Source: an uncultured delta proteobacterium (GTDB lineage: Bacteria; Myxococcota_A; Polyangia; Polyangiales; Polyangiaceae). From it: a stretch of DNA of 64,000 bases. Position numbers and translations under genes: made by a program. A model generated the notes under the pieces. It ran no database searches. It saw only the letters and a program-made list of their open reading frames with translations, and was not told where the DNA came from. Within the stretch, counting starts at the first letter, position 1. Every line of letters starts with the position of its first letter. This document shows positions 21,165 to 30,667 of this stretch, one piece after another. The stretch is from contig CAVQUB010000009.1 in NCBI GenBank assembly GCA_963716725.1, positions 320,001-384,000 on the forward strand, in the 5' to 3' direction.

Positions 21165-22054
21165 TGGAATCGTCGGATCCGAACAAGAAAGCCCCGCGTA
21201 CGTTTCAGTGCCGCGAATCGCTCTGGCACAAGTTCGAACAGATGGCGCGCGAGCTCGAATGCTCCGTGGACTACCTGATCAACGACGCGATGAAGCAGTA
21301 CGCGCGCCAGCGTGGTTACAGCAGCACGGCAGTCCCCGCGACCATGGGTGCGCCGCCGCCTCCGCCGCCGCCAGCCGGTGGGCCGCCCCCGATGCCCGCG
21401 GCCGCGGCGCGGCCCTCGGCGCCCGCGCCGCCGCCCCCGCAGGCCCGCGCGTCGGTGCCGCCTCCGCCGCCTCCGCCGCCCCGCGCCGCGTTCTCGTCGA
21501 ACGCCGGAGCGCCACCACCCCCACCACCACCACCCCCACCTCCTCCTCCGGCCACGACCGGCGGGTCGGTGGCGCGCCGGGCGCCTGCAACAGCGGGACC
21601 GCCTCCTCCGCCTCCGCCACCCGGACCGCCTCCTCCGCCGCCGGCCCCTCCCCGAGGCGCTGGACCGCCGCCTCCGCCACCGCCGGGACCTCCAACCCTG
21701 AGCCGCGGCGGGCCGCCGCCGCCGCCACCCTTGCCGCGCTCGGCTCCGCCGCCACCGCCGGCGCAGCAGTCCTACGGCACGCTCAACATCTACTATTCCG
21801 GCGAGCGCTTCCCGATCACCAAGGACCGATTCATCATCGGCCGCGGCAAGCAGTCGAGCGACTTGACGATCAAGGATCCGAACGTGTCGCGACAGCACGC
21901 CATGGTCGAGTACTTGAACGGGCAGTACTACATCGTGGACATGGGTTCGACCAACGGTGTCGAGTACAACGGGCAGCGCGTGCAGCGCAAAGTGATCAAC
22001 GAAGGCGACCACTTCAAGGTCTGCGATCACGAGCTCAGCTTCAGCTACGCCTGA
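21164..22054 (+). CDS. Ribbon-helix-helix-like N-domain + polyproline linker + FHA domain
   Basis: RTFQCRESLWHKFEQMARELECSVDYLINDAM; FHA motifs IIGRG, VSRQHA, DMGSTNG. Confidence 0.8.
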   Translation: MESSDPNKKAPRTFQCRESLWHKFEQMARELECSVDYLINDAMKQYARQRGYSSTAVPATMGAPPPPPPPAGGPPPMPAAAARPSAPAPPPPQARASVPPPPPPPPRAAFSSNAGAPPPPPPPPPPPPPATTGGSVARRAPATAGPPPPPPPPGPPPPPPAPPRGAGPPPPPPPGPPTLSRGGPPPPPPLPRSAPPPPPAQQSYGTLNIYYSGERFPITKDRFIIGRGKQSSDLTIKDPNVSRQHAMVEYLNGQYYIVDMGSTNGVEYNGQRVQRKVINEGDHFKVCDHELSFSYA

Positions 22055-22091
22055 CCGGCGCCGCGCCAGCAGCTGAACGAGGTCGTCGGGC

Positions 22092-22997
22092 ATGCACGTT
22101 GCGGTCATCGGCGCTGGAGCCCTGGGCCGTGTCTTCGGCGTGCTTCTCGCCGACGCCGGCCAACGCGTCACCTTCGTCGTTCGTCCCTCACGGGCCGACG
22201 AGACCACGCCCTTCGTCATCGAGCGACGCAACGGAGACCGGCGAAGGCGCCAGATCAGATCCCCCGTCCGAGCGATCGACATCCCGCAGGACGCGGCTCT
22301 GGTGCTGCTCGCCGTCCGCGTGGATCAACTCGATGACTCGATCGAAGGCCTGATCCGCAGAGGACCGGCGGTGCCCCTGGTCTCGCTCACGCCGCTCCTG
22401 CCGCTGACGCTCCAGCGGGTGAGCGAGTGGACGTCCGGTCGGTGCTTTGTGGCAATGCCCAGCTTGGCGGCGAGCGCTCGGGCCGACGGCACCGACGACT
22501 ACTGGGCGTTCCGGCTCTCGCCCAGCCTGTTCGAACCCGGCGCGCCCGAGGTCGCCGGCCTGGTCCAGGCGCTGGTCGACTCCAAGCTGCCCGTTCGCCT
22601 CGCGCCCGACGTTCGGACGAGAAATCCGGCCCTGACCATGGCGTTCTTTCCGATCACCGTGGCGGTGAGCCGGGCGGGCGGCATCGACGAGCTGCTCCGC
22701 GACGCGCCGCTGGCGGAGTTGGGGGCGCGCGCGACGCGCGAAACCCTCCAACTGGCCCGCGAGGTAGGTCCCATCGACACGGCGGTTGCCATGGCGCTCC
22801 GAGCGTTGACGCCACGCACGCTGCGCGGCGCCTTTTTGCTGCTCGTGAGGCTTTTCCCCCGAGCCACCCGCTTCGTGGATACCCACTTCGGGGACAAGCT
22901 CGGTGACCAGCATCGCCGGATCGGCGCTGAGATCCTGGAGCTCGGCGAGCAGCACGGCATCGAGCTGCCGAGCCTCGGGCGGCTGCTCTCCACGTAA
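22092..22997 (+). CDS. Ketopantoate reductase (ApbA/PanE)-family protein
   Basis: VAVIGAGALG Rossmann motif; LLAVR; C-terminal LGEQHGIELPSL. Confidence 0.65.
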   Translation: MHVAVIGAGALGRVFGVLLADAGQRVTFVVRPSRADETTPFVIERRNGDRRRRQIRSPVRAIDIPQDAALVLLAVRVDQLDDSIEGLIRRGPAVPLVSLTPLLPLTLQRVSEWTSGRCFVAMPSLAASARADGTDDYWAFRLSPSLFEPGAPEVAGLVQALVDSKLPVRLAPDVRTRNPALTMAFFPITVAVSRAGGIDELLRDAPLAELGARATRETLQLAREVGPIDTAVAMALRALTPRTLRGAFLLLVRLFPRATRFVDTHFGDKLGDQHRRIGAEILELGEQHGIELPSLGRLLST

Positions 22998-23034
22998 GTT
23001 CTCGCGCCGGGCACCAGCGCGCTAAACTTCAACC

Positions 23035-24279
23035 ATGCGCCGCGTCGCGCTCTTGCTCACCGCCTTCGCCTGGCTCCGACCGGCCTTTGCCCAGTCGCTC
23101 CCATGGATAGAGGGAGGCGTCCCGGTGCCGACACGCATCGCGAGCGTCGAGATCCCAGAGAAAGACGAGCCGCTGTATCTGCGCCCCAACCCCCGCGCCG
23201 CGCGGCGCGGCTCCGCCGAGATGGGTGCTCGGCTGCCGCTTTATGCGGCGAAGCGCGGCGCCGGGTGCCGCGGCTACTGGTTGATGGTCGGCCCCCTCGC
23301 GTGGGTGTGTCAGGATCGCGTTCGCCTCTCGAGCGATCCTGCCGTGGCCGCGCGGCGCACGCCGCTCTCGATGCCCGAGGGCCTGCCCTACCGCTACCAC
23401 TTCGTCGGCCGCAACGGCGCGCTGGGCTACCGCACGCTGTCGATGGCGGAGGAGGTCGCGCCCGATGCCGAGCTCGAACCCGGGTTCTCCATCGCCGTCG
23501 TCCATGTGGCCAAGCGCGGCGGTGATCCCTTCGCGTTCACGACCAAGAACCTCTGGGTTCCACTGCGCGATCTCGGGCCGGCCCGCGCGCTTCCCTTCCA
23601 AGGGGCCGAGATCGCCGATGGCAAGCTGAACCAGGCCTGGGTCTTTGCCGATCGCGCCGAAGTCTTCGACAAACCCGGGGGCACCCGCTCGAAGTCCGAG
23701 GTTCGACCGCAGTGGGAGCGCCTGGAGGTGCTCGACACCGTCGAAAAGAAGGAGCATCGCTGGTTCCGAATCGGAGAGGGGCGCTGGGTCAGCGATCGTG
23801 ACGTGCGCGCCCCGACCAGCGCCCCGATTCCGGGCGACGCCGCGGCCGGTGAACGCTGGATCGACGTGGACATCGCCAATCAAGTGCTGACCGCCTACGA
23901 AGGCGAGCGGCCGGTGTTCGCGACTCTTGTCTCCACCGGCAAGGGCAAGGGCAAGAGCATCCTGGCCACTCCCGTGGGTTCTCATCGGATCTGGGTGAAG
24001 CTGCTCTCGAGCGACATGGACAACCTCGAGAACGAGGAGGCCAGCCGCTACTACGCCATCCAAGACGTGCCCTGGGTCATGTATTTCGAGAAGGGCTACG
24101 GCCTGCACGGGACGTTCTGGCACCGCTCTTTCGGCCGCATCCGCAGCCACGGCTGCGTCAACCTGAGCCCGCTGGACGCGCAACGCCTGTTCAACTGGAC
24201 GGGACCGACCCTTCCGGCCGGCTGGACCGCCGCGCTGCCTTCGCCCTACGACCGAGGCACCTTGATTCGAGTGCGTTGA
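23035..24279 (+). CDS. L,D-transpeptidase (YkuD family), secreted
   Basis: WIDVDIANQVLTAYEG, VSTG, TPVG, LHGTFWH...SHGCVNL. Confidence 0.9.
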   Translation: MRRVALLLTAFAWLRPAFAQSLPWIEGGVPVPTRIASVEIPEKDEPLYLRPNPRAARRGSAEMGARLPLYAAKRGAGCRGYWLMVGPLAWVCQDRVRLSSDPAVAARRTPLSMPEGLPYRYHFVGRNGALGYRTLSMAEEVAPDAELEPGFSIAVVHVAKRGGDPFAFTTKNLWVPLRDLGPARALPFQGAEIADGKLNQAWVFADRAEVFDKPGGTRSKSEVRPQWERLEVLDTVEKKEHRWFRIGEGRWVSDRDVRAPTSAPIPGDAAAGERWIDVDIANQVLTAYEGERPVFATLVSTGKGKGKSILATPVGSHRIWVKLLSSDMDNLENEEASRYYAIQDVPWVMYFEKGYGLHGTFWHRSFGRIRSHGCVNLSPLDAQRLFNWTGPTLPAGWTAALPSPYDRGTLIRVR

Positions 24280-24307
24280 ACACACGGTTTCGCATTAGTA
24301 TCTCCCC

Positions 24308-24763
24308 ATGAGCTTCGAGATCGGGCGGGACACCGTGCTCGCGCTGGTGGCCGTGGCATGGGCAGACGGCAAGGTCGATCCCGCCGAGGCGGCAGGGATC
24401 CGCGGGGCTGCGCAGCAACTGGGTCTCTCGGCGGACGACCTCAAAGTGGTGGAAGCGGCCCTGGGCCGCGAGTTCTCCATGAACGAGGTGGAGACCGTGC
24501 ACATGAACCGCCACACCCGCCTGTTCACGTACGCGGCAGCCACCTGGATCGCGAGGATCGATGGTGGCATCGCCGGCGCGGAAGAAGCCGTGCTCATGCT
24601 CTTGGCCGACCGCCTCGGGCTATCGCAGGTCGCGCGCGAAAATGCCAAGACCGTGGCGCACGGGCTGCGCGTCGGTCCCCCGTCGAATCGACCGGGCGGC
24701 TTCGATCTGGTCGCGCTCAAGTCCCGGCTCTCGGCCGGGCTCAGCCAAATCGGCGACGCCTAG
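24308..24763 (+). CDS. TerB-like domain protein
   Basis: VAWADGKVDPAE and ARIDGGIAGAEE repeated TerB-type motif. Confidence 0.7.
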   Translation: MSFEIGRDTVLALVAVAWADGKVDPAEAAGIRGAAQQLGLSADDLKVVEAALGREFSMNEVETVHMNRHTRLFTYAAATWIARIDGGIAGAEEAVLMLLADRLGLSQVARENAKTVAHGLRVGPPSNRPGGFDLVALKSRLSAGLSQIGDA

Positions 24764-24765
24764 CG

Positions 24766-26463
24766 ATGGTCTCCATCGTCCACGCGGCTCGTGATATCGC
24801 GCGGGTTCGCCAAATCTCCCTGGTGCTCGTGCGCCACGGCTTCGGAGAAATCGCCCGTCGCGTCGGCTTCGGTCGCGAGAAGAAGGCGAAAGAACACGGC
24901 CCGACGGCAGACGACGAGATCCCCGCCGAGGACGAGGCGCGTGGCGCCCAAGCGCGGCAGCAGACCTCCACGGCCGTGCGCGCCCGACGCGTGCTCGAAG
25001 ATCTCGGACCGTCCTTCGTTAAGCTCGGTCAGATCGCATCGACGCGCGCCGACGTCTTGCCGCCGGATTTGCTCACCGAGCTCAAGAAGCTCCAGGACTC
25101 GGTGCCCGAGGTACCCTTCGAGCAGATCAAGGCGCAGGTGGAGCGCTCACTCGGAGCGGAGCTCACTGAGGTCTTCGAGAGCTTCGAGTCGAAACCCTTG
25201 GCCGCCGCCAGCATCGCGCAAGTACACCGCGCCGTGCTCAAGGGCGACGACGGCCCTCTGGACGTGGTGGTCAAGGTACAGCGGCCCGGCATCGCCGAGA
25301 CCATCGCCAGCGACCTGGACCTCTTGCACACCTTCGCGGCGCTGATCGAGCGGACTATCCCGGAGAGCAAGATCTACAACCCCGTGGGCTTGGTCCAGCA
25401 GTTCGACAAGGCCATCATCGCCGAGCTCGACTTCGCCACCGAAGCCGACAACGCCGTGCGTTTCAGCCAGAACTTCGAGTCGTTCCGCAACGTGCGCTTC
25501 CCCAAGGTCTACAAGCAGGCCTCCAGCAAGCACGTGCTCACCCTGGAGTTCATTGACGGCAAGAAGGTCTACGACGCGCTCAGCGCGGGCTACGACGGCA
25601 AGAAGCTGGCGCGGATCTCCCTCGACGTGATCGTGAAGCAGATCTTCGAGGACGGCTTCTTCCACGCCGACCCCCACCCCGGCAACGTGCTCGTGCTCGG
25701 CGCCGAAGACGACCCGATCTTGGTGATGATCGACCTGGGCATGGTGGGACGCCTGTCGCCTCGCATGCGGGACCTGACCGTGGACGTGATGGTGGGAGCG
25801 GTGCGCCGCGACTACGAAGCCATCGCCGATGCGATGTACGCCATCGGCACGCCCACCAAGAAGATCGACATGGAGGCCTACCGCGCAGAGGTGGGCATGC
25901 TCAGCGAGAAGTACCTGGGCAAACAGCTGAAGGACATCGAGCTGTCGGCGATGATCCGCGATCTGGTGCAGGGCGCGACCAAGTACGGCCTGGAGATCCC
26001 TTCGGACTTCATGTTGGTCGGCAAGGCCTTGATGACGGTCGAAGGCGTCGGGAAAGAGATCGACCCCGAGCTCGACGTCTTCGAAGAAGCGAAGCCGCTC
26101 TTCGTCGAGATCCTGCGCAAGCGCTACTCCCCGGAGCGGCTCGGCAACGAACTCTTGCGACGGCTCGAGAAGCTGAGCGGCGCGACCTACAACATGCCCC
26201 AGCAGCTCCAAGAGGTGCTGGACGACCTGCGGCTGGGGCGGCTGAAGATCCACACCACCGACGCGGGCCGCGCCAAGGCCGCCGACCGCCTGGGCCGCCG
26301 GCTGTTCTCGGCAATCATCGCGGCGGCGCTGCTGCTCGCCGGCTCCTGGCTCGTGGCCTCAGCTCGCGAGATCGCCGGCTACCTGCTGATCAGCGCGGCC
26401 TTGGGCCTGCTCGGCGGGCACGTTGCCCTGGATGCCGGTCGGGCGTTTCGCCTGAAGAAATGA
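24766..26463 (+). CDS. ABC1/AarF/UbiB-family atypical kinase
   Basis: LGPSFVKLGQ, LQD, AAASIAQVH, VVKVQRP, FFHADPHPGN, IDLGMVG. Confidence 0.92.
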   Translation: MVSIVHAARDIARVRQISLVLVRHGFGEIARRVGFGREKKAKEHGPTADDEIPAEDEARGAQARQQTSTAVRARRVLEDLGPSFVKLGQIASTRADVLPPDLLTELKKLQDSVPEVPFEQIKAQVERSLGAELTEVFESFESKPLAAASIAQVHRAVLKGDDGPLDVVVKVQRPGIAETIASDLDLLHTFAALIERTIPESKIYNPVGLVQQFDKAIIAELDFATEADNAVRFSQNFESFRNVRFPKVYKQASSKHVLTLEFIDGKKVYDALSAGYDGKKLARISLDVIVKQIFEDGFFHADPHPGNVLVLGAEDDPILVMIDLGMVGRLSPRMRDLTVDVMVGAVRRDYEAIADAMYAIGTPTKKIDMEAYRAEVGMLSEKYLGKQLKDIELSAMIRDLVQGATKYGLEIPSDFMLVGKALMTVEGVGKEIDPELDVFEEAKPLFVEILRKRYSPERLGNELLRRLEKLSGATYNMPQQLQEVLDDLRLGRLKIHTTDAGRAKAADRLGRRLFSAIIAAALLLAGSWLVASAREIAGYLLISAALGLLGGHVALDAGRAFRLKK

Positions 26464-26502
26464 AAAAGCCGCCGACGCGCGTTCGGGGCCGCGCCGGCGG
26501 AG
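26463..26502 (-). terminator. Intrinsic terminator downstream of atpE
   Basis: Minus strand CCGCCGGCGCG...CGCGTCGGCGG hairpin followed by CTTTTT. Confidence 0.6.
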
Positions 26503-26594
26503 ATTTCTATCGCCGAGGTGTCGGCGCGATCGCGCGGCCCGAGGTCGATGCCGGAGCATCGGGACCTCGCGCCGCTACGCTCGCGGCGAGCCGC

Positions 26595-26924
26595 TCAGAT
26601 GACCTTGCCCTGGAGCAAGAACGCGATGGCGAAGGCGAACAGCACGAGCGACTCGATCAGCGCGAGACCCAGAATCATCGGGGTCTGGATGCGCGCTGCA
26701 GCGCCCGGGTTACGGCTGATGCCCTCGAGAGCTGCGGCCGCAGCGCGACCCTGGCCCAAGGCGCCACCGAGCACCGCGAGGCCGATCGCGAGACCGGCCG
26801 CGAGCGCGGCCATCGACTGCGCCGAGAACTTGTTGGCGGCCGCGCCGCCGTCCTGGGCGAACGCAGTCGAAGCGAAGAGGGTGACGAGCGACGCGACGAC
26901 AAGCGCCAGCTTCTTCTTGGACAT
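26595..26924 (-). CDS. atpE: ATP synthase F0 subunit c with signal-peptide-like N-terminal extension
   Basis: [12 protein letters not shown]...RNP...LALIESL; AGGAG SD upstream. Confidence 0.95.
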   Translation of the reverse strand: MSKKKLALVVASLVTLFASTAFAQDGGAAANKFSAQSMAALAAGLAIGLAVLGGALGQGRAAAAALEGISRNPGAAARIQTPMILGLALIESLVLFAFAIAFLLQGKVI

Positions 26925-26988
26925 TGACGAGTCTCCTTTTTGGGGGCGGGGCGGCTCTAAGCCGAATCTTTCGAGAAATCCACGGAAA

Positions 26989-27759
26989 TCAGTGGTGCTC
27001 TTCGTGCTCCGTCGCGAGCCCGATGTAGATGCTCGTGAGGAGGGTGAAGACCAGGGTCTGGACGATGACGACCACGATGCCAAGAGCCATCACCGGCAGC
27101 GGGACCAAGACGGCCACCAGTGCCAGGAAGATGCCGAGGATCAAGTGGTCAACCGCCATGTTGAGCATGAGGCGGACGGCGAGCGTGATGGGGCGCACGC
27201 AGAGCGAGATGACCTCGATCGGCAGGATCAGCGGAGCCAGCCACCACTTGGGCCCCATCAAATGCTTGATGTAACCCATGCCGTTGGTCTGGATGCCCAC
27301 CATGTTGAAGTAGATGAACACCACCAGCGCGCAGCCAAGCGTGATGTTCAAGCTGCTGGTGGCCACCGGCAGTCCTGGGATCAGCGCCATGATGTTCGAG
27401 AAGAACACGAAGGTCGCCGACGTCCCGATGATGGGGAAGTACTTCTTGGCGCGTTCGGCATCCATGACGCTCTTGGCGAGGTCGTAGAAATAGCCAAGGA
27501 AGGCTTCCATGAAGGTGCGCAGCGTCAGCCCGTCGTCGGGGACCACGGCTTCGTTCGGGTCGGCGAGGCGCGCCTTGACCGCCAGCGCGACCAAGACCAC
27601 GAGGAACGCCACCAGCAACGAGGCCACGATGGGCTCGAAGCTCTGCCAGGTCGCCGGGTGTTTGGCGACGATGCTGTCACCAATGGCGCCAGCGTTGTGC
27701 GACAGCGTGTCTTTGGCGTAGGCCAGCAGCAACGTGAGCCAGGAGGCATGCTCGGGCAT
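26989..27759 (-). CDS. atpB: ATP synthase F0 subunit a
   Basis: [44 protein letters not shown]. Confidence 0.95.
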   Translation of the reverse strand: MPEHASWLTLLLAYAKDTLSHNAGAIGDSIVAKHPATWQSFEPIVASLLVAFLVVLVALAVKARLADPNEAVVPDDGLTLRTFMEAFLGYFYDLAKSVMDAERAKKYFPIIGTSATFVFFSNIMALIPGLPVATSSLNITLGCALVVFIYFNMVGIQTNGMGYIKHLMGPKWWLAPLILPIEVISLCVRPITLAVRLMLNMAVDHLILGIFLALVAVLVPLPVMALGIVVVIVQTLVFTLLTSIYIGLATEHEEHH

Positions 27760-27763
27760 GGGT

Positions 27764-28117
27764 TCAGCCTTCCTCTTCGACGGGATGCGGAGCGCCGAGC
27801 TGCCCGGCGACGACGCCGATCGGCAGGGCTCCAAGTCCAACGAGCAGCGGGAGCAGGTCGACCCAGCCGTTCGTGAGCAGCAGATACAGTCCCCCGAACA
27901 GCACCCCCATCTTGGCCACGGCGATCAGCGGCCACGGGACGCGGCTGCGCTTTCCGCCGAGCATGCCGCGGACCACGACCGTGATGACCCACAGGTTCGC
28001 CGCGGCCACGGCGGCGCCAAGCGCGATGCTGCGGGCGGTGTGCGCACCACTCACGAAGGCGCCGACCACCGTCGCCGACGCGCCCACCAACAGGACAGCC
28101 CACATGGCCCGGGCCAT
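27764..28117 (-). CDS. atpI: ATP synthase protein I (4 TM)
   Basis: Hydrophobic protein directly upstream of atpB; GAAVAAANL, KMGVL; GAAGGAG SD. Confidence 0.7.
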   Translation of the reverse strand: MARAMWAVLLVGASATVVGAFVSGAHTARSIALGAAVAAANLWVITVVVRGMLGGKRSRVPWPLIAVAKMGVLFGGLYLLLTNGWVDLLPLLVGLGALPIGVVAGQLGAPHPVEEEG

Positions 28118-28130
28118 GCTCGCGTCTCCT

Positions 28131-28403
28131 TCAGTTTGCGTCGTCGTCGTCATCGTCGAGCTTCTTCCTGGCTTCTCGGTCTTCGCGGTCCATGCGGTCG
28201 GCTTCACGATTGGCTCGGTTCAGCGCTCGCCACAGAGTTCGGGCGCCTGCCGCGAGTCCGAAACCAAAACCCACTAGAGCGATCCAGTGAGTCCCGAGCT
28301 TTCAATCGAGCCAACTGCCCACGAAGAGGCCGAGCAGCACGCTGAGGGCCAGCTCGAGACCGACCGTCCCGTAGGATCCGAAGCCTTTCCAGTTTTGCTT
28401 CAC
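28131..28403 (-). CDS. atpZ: AtpZ/AtpI-family two-helix protein with in-frame TGA at 28302-28304
   Basis: YGTVGLELALSVLLGLFVGSWLD*KLGTHWIALVGFGFGLAAG; the AtpZ-like sequence continues in frame past the TGA. Confidence 0.75.
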
Positions 28404-28555
28404 CAGAGCCCCCCGAGGAGGGCCGCTCCGTCTGGGACGGAACGAGGAAAACCCCCGGAACTCCCGGGAGCGGCGGTCGATTAACACGTCGCCCCGGCGG
28501 GGGTCAACGCTCCCTCGACGCACCGCGCCGAAAGCCTGGTGCTATCCTGCTCCCC

Positions 28556-29452
28556 ATGCTTCGGAGCGCTGCGGTCCTGACAATCGTCGCGATTTTTGCG
28601 CCTCGAACGGCGGGCGCCCAACCGGGGCAACCCGCCGGGCCTCCGCCGGGTCCCGCCCAAGGGCCAGCCGGCGCCCCGCCGCCGGGCTACTACACGGAGC
28701 CGGCCACGCCGTCGGGATCGCCGCCGCCGGGGCAGGGCGGGCCGCCGCCAGGCGCCTACGAGCCCCCGCCGCCGGGTTACTACCAGGCCCCGCCGGTCTG
28801 GGAGCCGCCTCCACCGCCCAAACCCAAGCACCGCGCACCGAAGACCGCCTTCTGGCTTGGCGCGCGCGTCGGCTACTTCGTTCCCTTCGGCAATCTGTGG
28901 CAGCAATACTCGCCGCCCAACTACGATCCAGTGAAGTGGAGTGGGTACGGATCGAACGGGCCGATGTTCGAGCTCGACATCGGCGCGCGCTTCAGCCGCC
29001 ACTACAACGTGTTCTTCGCCTGGGAGCGCGCGACGCTCGGCACCGGCAGCGAGGCGCCGGACGCCAATGGCGGACAGAAACGAGGCAGCACGGACTACTA
29101 CGCCGTCGGCCTTCGCTTCTCGTCGGACGCCGATCGCGTCGGATTCCTGACCGAGATCGATCTCGGCTGGAGGCGCTTCCAGGCAGAGTGGGAAGACGGC
29201 ACGCGGCTCGAGCTGTCGGAAGCTCCCCTCGAGTTTCGCATCGGTCTCGGCGCTGACATCCGCGTCACGCCCTTCTTCTCTCTCTCGCCCATGGTCACCC
29301 TCGGTGCCGGCTCCTTCGGCAAGGCGGAGTGGGAGTCGCCAAGCGGGAAGAAGACCGACGCCTTCTTGCCTGGCGACGAGGTCGCCGGGCACGGCTGGCT
29401 CACCCTCCAGCTCGGTGGCCATTTCGACATTCCGGGCGGCAGCCCGAATTGA
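28556..29452 (+). CDS. Outer-membrane beta-barrel protein with Pro-rich N-terminus
   Basis: Signal peptide; PPPGYY repeats; amphipathic strands ending LQLGGHFDI. Confidence 0.7.
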   Translation: MLRSAAVLTIVAIFAPRTAGAQPGQPAGPPPGPAQGPAGAPPPGYYTEPATPSGSPPPGQGGPPPGAYEPPPPGYYQAPPVWEPPPPPKPKHRAPKTAFWLGARVGYFVPFGNLWQQYSPPNYDPVKWSGYGSNGPMFELDIGARFSRHYNVFFAWERATLGTGSEAPDANGGQKRGSTDYYAVGLRFSSDADRVGFLTEIDLGWRRFQAEWEDGTRLELSEAPLEFRIGLGADIRVTPFFSLSPMVTLGAGSFGKAEWESPSGKKTDAFLPGDEVAGHGWLTLQLGGHFDIPGGSPN

Positions 29453-29520
29453 AGCGTTTCTGGAAAGAAACGAACCGCCAAGACGCCGAGAGCGCCACGT
29501 CGCGCCATGAGTTCGAGCGG

Positions 29521-30663
29521 GTGATTCGGCGAACCACGGTTCTGATCGCGGCGCTCTCGATCGTGATCACCCGCCCGAGTCGGGCCGACTCCGGCCTGAA
29601 CGACGCTACCTGGGAGCCGGAATCGAGCGGGGTCGCGCCAGCGGATGAAACGCCTCCCGAGCCGCGAGACCCCCGCGCCCTCGATCCCAGGTCTCGCGCC
29701 CTGGCCGTCGCGGTCGCAGTGGGTCCGGGCGCCGTGGTGCACGGGGCGGGACACTGGGCTCTGGGCCGCCCCAAGACAGCGGCGCGCCTCGCGCTGATCC
29801 AAGGCGCAGGCCTGGGCGGCATGGTCGTCGGGCTCGCGGGCCTCGCGGTCACCGGCGCCAGCCGCTACGTCGTCGCGCCGCTCGCGCTCGCCACCATCGC
29901 GGGCGCGGGGCTCTTCGCGCTGCCGTGGCTGGCGGACATCTACGGCAGCGCCGCCTTGCCCGACGGAGCGAGCGCAGCGCCGACCCGGGCGCCGGTCCTG
30001 ATCAGCGAGCTCGGGCATCGCTACGTCTGGGATGCGCAGTTCCGCTACCGACACTTTTTGGTGCAGGGCGCTGACCTCCGCTTCTCTCGGCTCCGACTGG
30101 CTCAGAGCGGCTGGTTTGCGCTCGACGACGACAACGCCCGCATGCGCCTGCTCGTCGCGCATCGACTGTCTGGTCCGACCCCCGACGACGTTTCCGCCGA
30201 CGGCAGCTTCTTGGATCTCGAAGCGGCGCTGACTCACCACCGCTTCGACTCGGACGGCTTTCGCTCGCTCACGGGCGAGGTCTCGCTGAACCTGCGGCGC
30301 GACCTGGCAGGCATGGATCGGGCCCTCGGTGGCTCTTTCGTCGAGGCCGGCGCGGGCCTCGCGCTTCAACGCTTCGAATACCGAGTGCCTGGCGTGAGCA
30401 TCGACGCCGACACGAACGACCTCTTGCTCGCTCGCTTCGCCTTCGGCTTCTATCTAGGAGAGGCCGGCGAGGCGCAGCTCTACTACGACCATCGCCACGA
30501 CGATTTTGCCGCCGGGCTCGAGTTGACCGGGCTCGGCAGCGGAGTCGCGGGGCACTTTGGCGCCGACGCGCGCTGGTTCTGGGGGCAGTGGGGTGTGCGC
30601 GCGGAAGGACAAGTCGGATCCGCGTGGCTGGGTGGGTTGTCGCTGATGTTTCGCCAGGAGTGA
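29521..30663 (+). CDS. Secreted/outer-membrane hypothetical protein (start approximate)
   Basis: Signal-like N-terminus; GAGHWALG hydrophobic hairpin; beta-strand-rich C-terminus. Confidence 0.55.
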   Translation: MIRRTTVLIAALSIVITRPSRADSGLNDATWEPESSGVAPADETPPEPRDPRALDPRSRALAVAVAVGPGAVVHGAGHWALGRPKTAARLALIQGAGLGGMVVGLAGLAVTGASRYVVAPLALATIAGAGLFALPWLADIYGSAALPDGASAAPTRAPVLISELGHRYVWDAQFRYRHFLVQGADLRFSRLRLAQSGWFALDDDNARMRLLVAHRLSGPTPDDVSADGSFLDLEAALTHHRFDSDGFRSLTGEVSLNLRRDLAGMDRALGGSFVEAGAGLALQRFEYRVPGVSIDADTNDLLLARFAFGFYLGEAGEAQLYYDHRHDDFAAGLELTGLGSGVAGHFGADARWFWGQWGVRAEGQVGSAWLGGLSLMFRQE

Positions 30664-30667
30664 GCAA

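Noticed and set aside
26595..26924. Na+-coupled ATP synthase
   Set aside because: Subunit c has Gln and Glu-Ser but reads ESLVLF, lacking the Thr and Tyr of the full Na+ signature; ion specificity cannot be called
28302..28304. Selenocysteine or genetic-code reassignment at the atpZ TGA
   Set aside because: The position is not a Cys site, and TGA is the normal stop for many genes in this window
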